A stretch of DNA of 64,000 bases from an uncultured Oscillospiraceae bacterium (GTDB taxonomy: Bacteria > Bacillota > Clostridia > Saccharofermentanales > Fastidiosipilaceae). This document shows positions 48,116-56,378 of this stretch, piece by piece; positions within the stretch are counted from its first letter, which is position 1, and every line of letters begins with the position of its first letter. The position numbers and the translations under genes were made by a program. A model generated the notes under the pieces. The model did not search any database, was not told where the DNA came from, and was given only the letters and a program-made list of their open reading frames with translations. Location of the stretch: assembly GCA_964558445.1 (NCBI GenBank), contig CAZLEA010000001.1:66236-130235 (forward strand). The letters run 5' to 3'.

Positions 48116-48787
48116 TTATCTCGTTTCCAATTGATCCAAGCATTTTAGCAGATAATCGTGGAACCGGTGGAAGCTGGGTGAGACATTTCGTTTCGCATCG
48201 AGCTGTGGCGAGATCGCCTCTGCCCACTTGTATTTGTACGTACCGACTGCAGGATAGCCTGCTTGAATCAAGCGCTTGGCGCGATGACCCATAATCGCCC
48301 GGGCGAGCACTTCCCATGTACCGACGATCGAATCTTGTTCATAGCGATCCAAGACCGCTTGGTCGATCTCGGGATATGCAGCCAAGAGAGCTACACGATC
48401 TGCCAGGAGCCACGACTCCAATTCTTCGACGGCAACACCAATCACGACAGGCAGATCCCCCGCATATTCCGCACGTAAGCGAATCAAGTCGCGGTAGATC
48501 AGAGCCGGCAGATGATCGTCACTGTCCAGAACAACAATCACCAGATTACGCTCCGAAGGCGAATAGGCCGAGCGATAGACGCGTAAACGGGCAGGGAGTA
48601 ATTGCAGGAGGCCGGAGGCAAACCGCTTGGGGCTCTCATCCGGGTTCTCCGGAATCTTACCTGCGCCGCGATGTCGTCGCAGTTCATACGTCCAAGAGAC
48701 AGATCGTGTACTCAGTATCGACCGCATGAGTCCATCCACAATCTTGGCACCGGACGAATCTTCGACCAAGACCTCAATATGATGCAT
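48116..48787 (-). CDS. Toprim-like small protein (DUF4276/RloB-like), predicted nuclease partner of the upstream ATPase
   Basis: 223 aa. N-terminal strand HHIEVLVEDSSG, acidic cluster VIVVLDSDD (residues 83-91), and VAVEELESWLLAD (119-130). GGAG SD inside the end of the ATPase gene, with a 4-nt spacer. I recognise no housekeeping family. Confidence 0.55.
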   Translation of the reverse strand: MHHIEVLVEDSSGAKIVDGLMRSILSTRSVSWTYELRRHRGAGKIPENPDESPKRFASGLLQLLPARLRVYRSAYSPSERNLVIVVLDSDDHLPALIYRDLIRLRAEYAGDLPVVIGVAVEELESWLLADRVALLAAYPEIDQAVLDRYEQDSIVGTWEVLARAIMGHRAKRLIQAGYPAVGTYKYKWAEAISPQLDAKRNVSPSFHRFHDYLLKCLDQLETR

Positions 48788-48791
48788 AAGC

Positions 48792-50039
48792 CTACTCCCC
48801 TTCTAGATCACGAATATCCAGGTGGCCGGAGTACCAGAGTGCACTCATGCCGACCCCTTCATCATAGAAGGCCTTGACGAGTGGTAAGTCCTCCGCATTG
48901 ATCGCATGACTGCCTCGCTCGGGGATCTCGCTGCGATGCATCACCCAGACCTCTCGGGGTGCGAGGCTCTCCAGTAGGTTCTGGCTGTGTGTACTGAGGA
49001 AGATCTGCGTCTCGTGTTCGTTCCAGATATAATCGCGCATCGCCTCGGCAAGTTTATCGATCATATTGTAATAGAGTCCGTGGTCCGGATTCTCGATAAA
49101 CAGCAGAGACCTGGGTTCCGGATCCATCAAGAGTAGAAACAGGGCGAGCAGTTTGTACTCACCGCTACCGAGCGCATCGCTCTGAACGGCCTTCGTCAGA
49201 TCGCCGCGATAAGATAGCTTCTCGACCAGCATCTGCATCGTCTGACTGTAGCGTACGGGGTCCAGCCTCTTCATGTACGCCAGGACGTTTGCGATATTGC
49301 TGCCTTCTTCGTTGATGTGGTGGTGTTCACCGTTACCCAAATCCAATTGCAAGCGATGCTTGTCACGCAAACGATGTAATCCCTCCTCTTCTCCGAGATC
49401 CGTGAAACGACTGAAATACCAAGAGGAGATCAAGTCGTAGAGTGCACAGATCTCCTTGTACTCCTTCAAGCGACCATAACTTGCGAGTGCGGGTCGCTTG
49501 CGATCGCTCAACTCCGTTTGGCGCATCTCTCCCTCATAGCGGACCGTGCCTCTGCCGTTCTCCAACCGGAGGTAAGTCGTAAGCTCCGGTCTCGGGCCGA
49601 CCAGCATCGCATCCGTACGCAGACGCTCTGCCTGTGCCTCGGAGACAGCTAGTGCCTCCACCCGTTCGGCACAGACCCTAGGACGACCGTGCTTATCCGC
49701 CGAAATAGCAAGCTTATAGATGAGTATCGCCATCAGGGGACGGTCGAACAAAACGAGTTCGAAGCTCATGTTCTCCTTGCAGTGGCGCGATCGAAGGTGA
49801 GTGAAGCCGATATTGGCCCCCTTGGTCGATGCAGCGACAAGGTCTGCTGTCAGAGCGCTTCTTAGGAATTCCAGACTGCGAAACAAGGACGTCTTACCGA
49901 CTGCATTCTCTCCGATAACGGCGTTTAGTTCTCCGATACAACGAAGTTCGGTCTCATCTCCCGCCAGATCCTCGGCTTGCAAACCGATTCTCAGGTCTCG
50001 CAGCACTTCGAAGTTTGTAATTCGTAGACCAAGTAGCAT
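48792..50039 (-). CDS. ABC/SMC-type (AAA_15/AAA_21-like) ATPase with an atypical Walker B
   Basis: Walker A GENAVGKTS (49887-49913), signature-like LGSGEYKLLAL, Walker-B-like LLFIENPDHGL (49077-49106) and H-loop IFLSTHS. Start set at MLLGLRITNF (50039) with a GAGGAG SD. Confidence 0.7.
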   Translation of the reverse strand: MLLGLRITNFEVLRDLRIGLQAEDLAGDETELRCIGELNAVIGENAVGKTSLFRSLEFLRSALTADLVAASTKGANIGFTHLRSRHCKENMSFELVLFDRPLMAILIYKLAISADKHGRPRVCAERVEALAVSEAQAERLRTDAMLVGPRPELTTYLRLENGRGTVRYEGEMRQTELSDRKRPALASYGRLKEYKEICALYDLISSWYFSRFTDLGEEEGLHRLRDKHRLQLDLGNGEHHHINEEGSNIANVLAYMKRLDPVRYSQTMQMLVEKLSYRGDLTKAVQSDALGSGEYKLLALFLLLMDPEPRSLLFIENPDHGLYYNMIDKLAEAMRDYIWNEHETQIFLSTHSQNLLESLAPREVWVMHRSEIPERGSHAINAEDLPLVKAFYDEGVGMSALWYSGHLDIRDLEGE

Positions 50040-50057
50040 GATCTTACTCCTCATAAG

Positions 50058-50101
50058 TCAAGGGCTTGCGGCGATACATACATCTCGCAACAAGCCCTTG
50101 A
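50058..50101 (-). other. strong stem-loop between the SPFH gene and the ATPase gene (no U-tract)
   Basis: 11-bp perfect arms TCAAGGGCTTG / CAAGCCCTTGA plus an inner TGCG/CGCA pairing. On the transcript it is followed directly by the SD and ATG of the ATPase gene. Confidence 0.6.
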
Positions 50102-50145
50102 TGGTTCAAGCACGAAGCATACGCTTGGCTTGTCTAAGTTCTCGA

Positions 50146-51087
50146 TTATTTGTTCTCGCTGCCCATCACTTCCTTGAGTGTGGTTCCGAGCGTGGCCAGG
50201 TTCTGCAGTTCGGACGGGATGATAATCTTCGTCGCCTTGCCGTCTGCAACCTTCTCTAGTGCCTCGAGGCTGCGTATGGAAATCAGGGCTGCGTCTGCCT
50301 GAACATCCTTGATCATGCGCAGGCCCTCGGCTCTGGCGGATTGAACTGCGAGAATCGCTTGGGCTTCACCCTCTGCTTCACGGATCTTCTGCTCGCGCAC
50401 GGCATCGGCACGGAGGATGGCTGAGGCCTTCTCACCTTCGGCGACGCGAATCGCGCCCTCCTTGACACCTTCTGCTCTCAAGATCGCTTCGCGCTTCTCA
50501 CGCTCAGCCTTCATCTGTTTCTCCATCGCGGATTGGATATCGGTAGGTGGCAGAATATTCTTCAGCTCAACCCGATTTACCTTGATACCCCAGGGGTCGG
50601 TCGCCTCGTCCAGGATCAAGCGCATCTTCGTATTGATGAGATCGCGTGAGGTCAAGGTCTCATCCAATTCCAAATCACCGATGATATTACGCAAGGTCGT
50701 AGCGGTGAGGTTCTCGATCGCCTGTGCGGGATTCTCGATACCGTAGGTGTAGAGCTTCGGGTCCGTAATCTGGTAGAAGAGCACCGTGTCGATCTGCATC
50801 GTAACGTTATCCTTCGTAATCACAGGCTGCGGTTGGAAGTCATACACTTGTTCCTTGAGTAAGACCATACGCGAGATACGATCGATAAACGGGATCTTGA
50901 AGTGGATACCCGTGTCCCAGGTAGTCAGGTAAGCGCCCAAGCGCTCGACTACATAGGCTCTGGCTTGGGGTACGATGCGGATGTTTCTGGCCAAGACTAC
51001 GACGATGGCCAAGACGATGACGATCACAACCAATAGAGATTCGATGTCGCTATCTAGTAGGGTCATGGCGGTAGTAAATTCGTTCAT
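50146..51087 (-). CDS. SPFH/band-7 (stomatin/slipin-like) membrane protein
   Basis: N-terminal TM segment, an SPFH core (RIVPQARAYVVERLG..., TKDNV.MQIDTVLFYQITDP), and a coiled-coil AEREKREAILRAEG repeat region. Confidence 0.9.
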   Translation of the reverse strand: MNEFTTAMTLLDSDIESLLVVIVIVLAIVVVLARNIRIVPQARAYVVERLGAYLTTWDTGIHFKIPFIDRISRMVLLKEQVYDFQPQPVITKDNVTMQIDTVLFYQITDPKLYTYGIENPAQAIENLTATTLRNIIGDLELDETLTSRDLINTKMRLILDEATDPWGIKVNRVELKNILPPTDIQSAMEKQMKAEREKREAILRAEGVKEGAIRVAEGEKASAILRADAVREQKIREAEGEAQAILAVQSARAEGLRMIKDVQADAALISIRSLEALEKVADGKATKIIIPSELQNLATLGTTLKEVMGSENK

Positions 51088-51096
51088 ATTGTCCTC

Positions 51097-51594
51097 CTAT
51101 GCTTGTTGTTGTTCCGTCGTTGCTGCGAGAGATGCCGCCTCGACAACGAGTTTGACTCCGGTAATCGCCAGCACACGAACACGTTCGCCTACTGCAATCT
51201 TCGATCCGTCGCGGGTAACGGCAGACCATACCATGCCTTCGACCTTCACCTGTCCTTGATTCATCTCGCCGTCCAGAGGTATGGTCACGACGGCGATCTT
51301 ACCGATCAAACGATCTGCATTGGTCGCCGTCTTACCGAAACGGCCGACGTTCAGACGCTTGCGATATCTCCATCCGATTGCCAAAAAGGCGCCGGAAGCG
51401 ACAAAGAAGACTAGAATCTGTACATAGACGTTGAAGCCGAGCAGAGCCGCGATCATCGCCAGCAGGGCACCGCCCGTGAACCAAATTGTCAACAACATGA
51501 CGGTAGACATCTCGATCAAGAGAAACAACGCCGCGAGTATCAACCAGATCAACCAGGCATCGAGGCTAAAAAAGGCAGTCATGTTCAGTATCAT
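51097..51594 (-). CDS. NfeD family membrane protein
   Basis: Three or four N-terminal TM segments plus a C-terminal OB-fold-like GKIAVVTIPL...GQVKVEGMVWSAV. Classic pairing with a downstream SPFH gene. Confidence 0.85.
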   Translation of the reverse strand: MILNMTAFFSLDAWLIWLILAALFLLIEMSTVMLLTIWFTGGALLAMIAALLGFNVYVQILVFFVASGAFLAIGWRYRKRLNVGRFGKTATNADRLIGKIAVVTIPLDGEMNQGQVKVEGMVWSAVTRDGSKIAVGERVRVLAITGVKLVVEAASLAATTEQQQA

Positions 51595-51657
51595 CTTGCA
51601 ACCTCCTCGCTGCGACTCATCTCCGGAGAGCTAAGTCGTGTTTAATCAGATACTTAT

Positions 51658-51666
51658 ATTATACCA
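51658..51666 (-). promoter_or_regulatory. extended -10 element (TGGTATAAT) upstream of nfeD
   Basis: Minus strand reads TGGTATAAT about 65 nt upstream of the nfeD ATG. The -35 is poor. Confidence 0.35.
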
Positions 51667-51667
51667 T

Positions 51668-53050
51668 TTACTTGGCCGTCGTTCCCGACGGATCGCCCGT
51701 GGCGGTCGAAGTCTGTTCACTCTCGCTTGGCAAGTTTAGCTCGGCTTCACTGACGGGTACGTAGGCATGTGAGCCCTTGCGAATCGCTTCTACGAAGATA
51801 AACGCGACGGTGTTGATGCGCTTCTGTAGAATCTCGGAGCCAAGACTGACACGCAGGCTTGCCACGTTATCGTATGCACTTCCGCTGACCATGCCACCGA
51901 TCGGTTCAAAGGCCGGGTGATCCGACTCCGTCACCAAATCAAGCGAATCCACGTCATATTCAGCAGCCTCCAGGAACACGATCGGTATGCCCGCTCGGTC
52001 AAACGGCGTATAGTCACCCTCGTGGAGGGTAAACTCGCGGAAGATATGTGGCTCTTCATAACCCGGCACATCCACCATGTAGCCACCTTGATTCATCACA
52101 AGATCGACACCCATGGTACCGCGCAGATTATGTTCGAGGGCTACGTCAGTCGCTTCGTAGAGCTTGCGACGCATATCATACTTCTTACCTGCTTGGAGCG
52201 AACTGTGCCCCGCATGCGCATAGAGCTTGTCGCCCGCATAGATTCGTTCCACGGTGTAGACGCAGTCGGTACGGGCGCGATCTACGTCGCTTAGCGAAGC
52301 GAGATAAGCCTCGGCACCGCTATGGTCGTCGTTACCCGCGCCGAAGAAGACCAGTACGATATCATAAGCGAAGCGCTGATCGACCAGCGCTCTGGCGGTA
52401 GTCAACAAGGCAGCCACTCCGGACGAATTATCCGATATGCCGTCAAACTTCGCAGACGGCAGAACAGTCTCGTCCGTAGTCCCCTCATCCTCGCTCTGAG
52501 CCTCCGCTCCCTCTTCTGTCTCCTCCGGTTCATCCTCCGGCAGATAGGGAGAGTCGTAGTGGGTACCGATGACGATCTGCTTATCATACACGGTCGGCTT
52601 CGTCTTGGTCGCCTGCGTGACGGTGCCGGCTACGGCCGGTGTGCGCTCGTTAAATTGCTCCAGCTCCTCTTCGCTGTAGAAACCCTCGCCATCGATGCGC
52701 ACGATGAGATTACGGCTCGTGTACACACTACCGTCTTCGTGCGTTACGTTGAAGGTCTGAACTTCTGGCTGATAGCCCAAGAGTTTGAGCTCCTCCAAGA
52801 TCAGGTCACCGGTCGCCCGTTCGTTTGCGCTATAGGGCTCACGCTCGGCAATCGAATCATTAGCCAAGCGAAACGCCATCTGCATACCGTAGGTGCCGTA
52901 ATCGGCCGGTTCCACGGTTTCGTTGTCGTCACTGCCGCAAGCAACCAGAATCAAGGGTGCCATAATCAACATCCATAGGCTCAAGATGAGGGAGCCTCGT
53001 CTCAAGTGTCGGTCCTTGGTCGGTCCTGCCTCTTCGGCTCTTCGTCCCAT
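51668..53050 (-). CDS. M28-family metallopeptidase-like lipoprotein
   Basis: Lipobox LILVACG; GTHYDS and FFGAGNDDHSGAEAY resemble M28 metal-ligand blocks. An acidic insert reads EDEPEETEEGAEAQSEDEGTTDE. Confidence 0.65.
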   Translation of the reverse strand: MGRRAEEAGPTKDRHLRRGSLILSLWMLIMAPLILVACGSDDNETVEPADYGTYGMQMAFRLANDSIAEREPYSANERATGDLILEELKLLGYQPEVQTFNVTHEDGSVYTSRNLIVRIDGEGFYSEEELEQFNERTPAVAGTVTQATKTKPTVYDKQIVIGTHYDSPYLPEDEPEETEEGAEAQSEDEGTTDETVLPSAKFDGISDNSSGVAALLTTARALVDQRFAYDIVLVFFGAGNDDHSGAEAYLASLSDVDRARTDCVYTVERIYAGDKLYAHAGHSSLQAGKKYDMRRKLYEATDVALEHNLRGTMGVDLVMNQGGYMVDVPGYEEPHIFREFTLHEGDYTPFDRAGIPIVFLEAAEYDVDSLDLVTESDHPAFEPIGGMVSGSAYDNVASLRVSLGSEILQKRINTVAFIFVEAIRKGSHAYVPVSEAELNLPSESEQTSTATGDPSGTTAK

Positions 53051-53061
53051 GCTATACTCTC

Positions 53062-54039
53062 TTATTTCATCTTCTCGCGGAATCGAACTGCGGCGCTGCG
53101 CAGATCCTCGGCGATGGCCTCGGGTGCGGTCGTGTTACAGTGCGCCCAGGCACCGGTCTCACTCGAAGCGTTGTACTTGATCTTGTCCGCACTGCGCATC
53201 GGCGGGAAGAACTCGATATGGAAGTGGTAATCGGGCTCATCTACACCGTCCAGATTAACAGGTGCATTGTTCATGCACATCATGTACGGGAACTTCGTAT
53301 CGAACAACGAATCCAAGGTGCCGGCAGCCATCAAGACGGCGTCGGCCAGGTCCTTCTCCTCTTCCTTCGTCAGGTCATCGATCGTGCGCACGTGGCGGTT
53401 GGCAACAATATTGATACCGTACGGGTACTCGCTGTAGAACGGCAAGTAGATGCTGAAGCTATCATTTCGATAGACGATACGGCGGCCATCCTCTACCTCT
53501 GCGGCGAAGAAATCGCACATCAGGCAATTGCCGGTCTGGGCACGGTACTCGTCTTGCGATGCGAGCTTGAGTTCCATCTTCTTGGGCAAAAAGGGATAGG
53601 CATAAATCTGACCGTGCGGATGCGGCATGGTTACGCCGACCGGCTCGCCGCGGTTCTCGAAGATGAATACATACTTCACCTTCTCGTCTGCGGACAGTTC
53701 TACGAAGCGCTCGCGCCACAAAGCGACCAGCTTCTCGACATGAGAGAGAGGAAGCTCCGGCAGGGTAATCTCGTGTTCGGGAGAATAGAGAACCACTTCG
53801 CACTTGCCGTAAGCGGGTGCCAGTTTGAAGTGCTCGCCCGCTACATCATCCGGTTGAGGCGGATTCGGCGACAAGGCCGGGAAGTCGTTGTCATACTTCA
53901 GGACATCGAAGTGATCGGGTACAAGGCCCGAACCGGGGCAGAACGGACACCAATCCTTGGGCATCTGCGGGCGATCCTGCCTGTGCGAGGCGATCATCAC
54001 CCAATCTTGTGTAAACGGATTCCATCTAATCTCTGCCAT
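53062..54039 (-). CDS. galT: galactose-1-phosphate uridylyltransferase (HIT-type)
   Basis: IRWNPFTQDWV, CPFCPG and HPHGQIY (the HxHxQ active site). Start set at MAEIRWN with a GGGAGG SD. Confidence 0.88.
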   Translation of the reverse strand: MAEIRWNPFTQDWVMIASHRQDRPQMPKDWCPFCPGSGLVPDHFDVLKYDNDFPALSPNPPQPDDVAGEHFKLAPAYGKCEVVLYSPEHEITLPELPLSHVEKLVALWRERFVELSADEKVKYVFIFENRGEPVGVTMPHPHGQIYAYPFLPKKMELKLASQDEYRAQTGNCLMCDFFAAEVEDGRRIVYRNDSFSIYLPFYSEYPYGINIVANRHVRTIDDLTKEEEKDLADAVLMAAGTLDSLFDTKFPYMMCMNNAPVNLDGVDEPDYHFHIEFFPPMRSADKIKYNASSETGAWAHCNTTAPEAIAEDLRSAAVRFREKMK

Positions 54040-54222
54040 ATAAACCTCCCAGAGTGACTTACTTAATCGGTGCACAAATCGTTTCTCTAGCCATCTCGAT
54101 CTATGCTTCTAACAATATATCAAAACTAAGGCAGTATTTCACCTTCTGTGGTAAATTATAGTATGCTTAAATAAGAATTAACTAAGAAATATCAGATCAA
54201 ACTCGGAGGATTGCAAACAGCG

Positions 54223-55830
54223 ATGAAGCTTGCCGGCAATACGACAACCCAGAGAGAACATACTGCGGCTAAGCAAGCAGGGCCAAGCCCTCGCTATGGC
54301 AGAGCCGTACGTTTCCTCACGGCGTTTCTCATCTGTTTGCTAACGCTCTCCCCGCTAAACGTGCTCCTGGCCTCGGCAAGCGAGCCCGAAGTCAGCGAGC
54401 CTCTGAACTGGTCGTTTCTGAATATGTCGCTTAACTCGGACAGCGCCACGATCATCGAACTTGAGCACGGCATCCGTCTCTACGAGAAGCAGGCGAATAT
54501 GACGATGACGATGCCGCTGGCGAATCACCTGATGACGGCTGTCCTCGCAATGGAATATCTGGACGAACGTGCGGTCATCACCCTCAGTCAGGAGGCCGCA
54601 CTTCTGGCTGACGATACCAGCACCTTCGTAGCCGGTCGGCGTTATTCCGTCGAGTATCTGCTCTTGGCGCTGCTGTTGGATGACTCGGCTGCGGCGGCCT
54701 TGGCACTCGCTGAAGAAATCAGCGGCTCCGAAGAGAGCTTCGTGAATACCATGAACAGTCGTGCCTCCGGACTCGGTATGAGCCAGACCGTCTTCACCAA
54801 TTCCGACGGACGCTACGATCCCAATCAATACAGCAGCACGAAGGATCTTATGGTCTTGCTTCGTTATGCACTGCGAGACGAGCAGTTCCTGCGCTACTTT
54901 GGTCAGCGCGATAACATGTATACGCTGGCGGACGGGACTCGCCACTACTTCTCCAACGACTTCATCTCAGCCTGGAGCTTCAGCGACAACAAGGTCGAAG
55001 GAGCGATGCTCTCGAGTTATGACGATCGCTTCGCTGCAGCTCTCTTATTGACCGATGAGATCAAGAATATTACTTATGCTGTCCTCATGACCGGTCCCTA
55101 CACTGAGTCTAGCTTCACGAATAATCGCCAGTTGATCTCGGACCTACAGAGCATCAGCGGGCGTATCTCCGCCGGCTACGAATCGTCGATCCTGGCGTCC
55201 AGAGGCTCCGTCTATCGCCGCGATTACGAGATTGCGGGGCAGACCGTGAACCTCGTTTATAACCAAACCGTGCACTACACGCATCCGATCGGCGACTCCT
55301 ATCAAGCTGCCATGACCGAGGTACTGAAGCCGGAGGACATGCAGCTGCCGCTCTCGACAAGCGACGTAATCGGCTATGTCGAGTATCAACTGAGCGACGG
55401 GACCATAATTCGCGTGAACCTGAGTAGCGACACGGTCATACTCGCACAGAACGACACGCTGAACTATATCCTGAACGTGATCAATACGAATCGGGAATTG
55501 GTTATATTTATTTTGCTTTTGCTTGCAATCTTCTTACTCATCTTGCTCTGGAAGTTCATCAAGGTCATGACAAGGATCATCTACCTCGCTTGGCTTCGTT
55601 ACCAGAGAAGAGCACTGGGCAAGGCTTCGCAAACACAAGAAGAAACGGATGGCACGGTGGCGAAGGGGTCGAGTTTGGATGACGCGCTTCGACACTCGAT
55701 GCGCTCGCGCTCAGGTGCCGTACCAAGACACATAGCCACAAGGTATCGCCGCACGAAGAATCTGCCTGAACACGGCAGACGCAGTGGCGTGAGGCGGCAG
55801 AACAAATCTAAGATCGAGGACGAAGCTTGA
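54223..55830 (+). CDS. D-alanyl-D-alanine carboxypeptidase (S11/PBP5)-like protein with all three catalytic motifs degenerate, plus a C-terminal TM segment and basic tail
   Basis: Signal/TM segment, then S11-like blocks. SxxK is replaced by (P)LANHLM, SxN by DDSAA, and no KTG is found. A late TM segment LVIFILLLLAIFLLILLW and an Arg-rich C-terminus. Confidence 0.6.
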   Translation: MKLAGNTTTQREHTAAKQAGPSPRYGRAVRFLTAFLICLLTLSPLNVLLASASEPEVSEPLNWSFLNMSLNSDSATIIELEHGIRLYEKQANMTMTMPLANHLMTAVLAMEYLDERAVITLSQEAALLADDTSTFVAGRRYSVEYLLLALLLDDSAAAALALAEEISGSEESFVNTMNSRASGLGMSQTVFTNSDGRYDPNQYSSTKDLMVLLRYALRDEQFLRYFGQRDNMYTLADGTRHYFSNDFISAWSFSDNKVEGAMLSSYDDRFAAALLLTDEIKNITYAVLMTGPYTESSFTNNRQLISDLQSISGRISAGYESSILASRGSVYRRDYEIAGQTVNLVYNQTVHYTHPIGDSYQAAMTEVLKPEDMQLPLSTSDVIGYVEYQLSDGTIIRVNLSSDTVILAQNDTLNYILNVINTNRELVIFILLLLAIFLLILLWKFIKVMTRIIYLAWLRYQRRALGKASQTQEETDGTVAKGSSLDDALRHSMRSRSGAVPRHIATRYRRTKNLPEHGRRSGVRRQNKSKIEDEA

Positions 55831-56368
55831 GGAGCGGCCCCAGACGCTGATAGTAGAAGTCGATACCGGACGATAGAAGATAGTCATAGACAAGGACTAT
55901 CAGGACAATTGCCGGCACCAGCCAATAACGTGCATAGGGCATAGCGAAGATGTGATCGACAAGCGACACCGGCACGAAGAATTCGGTCATCACCCACAAG
56001 TAGAGTCCGCCGAGCAACACCATCGTCATAAGTTTGAGTAGCAGCGTTACGGTCTTCCCAAACCTACGGCCCATAAGCGCCTGTTCCGAACCGATCTTGA
56101 CGAACGAGAAGAGACCTGCCACAAGAGCGAAGGTCAGATTCGCCGGCATACCGGGCCAAGCGAAACCGATGGCAGATACGATCAAATAAATCAAGAAGGC
56201 AGACAGACGGCCCATCTCCAAGATCGCGATACAGATCGCAAGCGACATCAAGAAATTGATGAAGAGGTCTGCGGTAGGGACAACAAGTTGTGCCGCCATG
56301 AGCAGCAGAATCAAAGCGGTGAGTATACCGCCGAAGGCGATACGCGAAGTAGATATCGGTCTAGGCAT
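55808..56368 (-). CDS. hypothetical polytopic membrane protein
   Basis: Five or six hydrophobic segments. Start uncertain: 56368 (MPRPIST) avoids overlap with the upstream J-domain gene. Confidence 0.5.
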   Translation of the reverse strand: MPRPISTSRIAFGGILTALILLLMAAQLVVPTADLFINFLMSLAICIAILEMGRLSAFLIYLIVSAIGFAWPGMPANLTFALVAGLFSFVKIGSEQALMGRRFGKTVTLLLKLMTMVLLGGLYLWVMTEFFVPVSLVDHIFAMPYARYWLVPAIVLIVLVYDYLLSSGIDFYYQRLGPLLKLRPRS

Positions 56369-56378
56369 CAGGCACCCG

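Noticed and set aside
48111-48317. N-terminal extension of the hemW ORF (ORF track 46923..48317).
   Set aside because: The radical-SAM protein starts naturally at MTLAPTSLYIHVPFC (48110). The extension overlaps the 3' end of the Toprim-like gene in another frame and has no family similarity.
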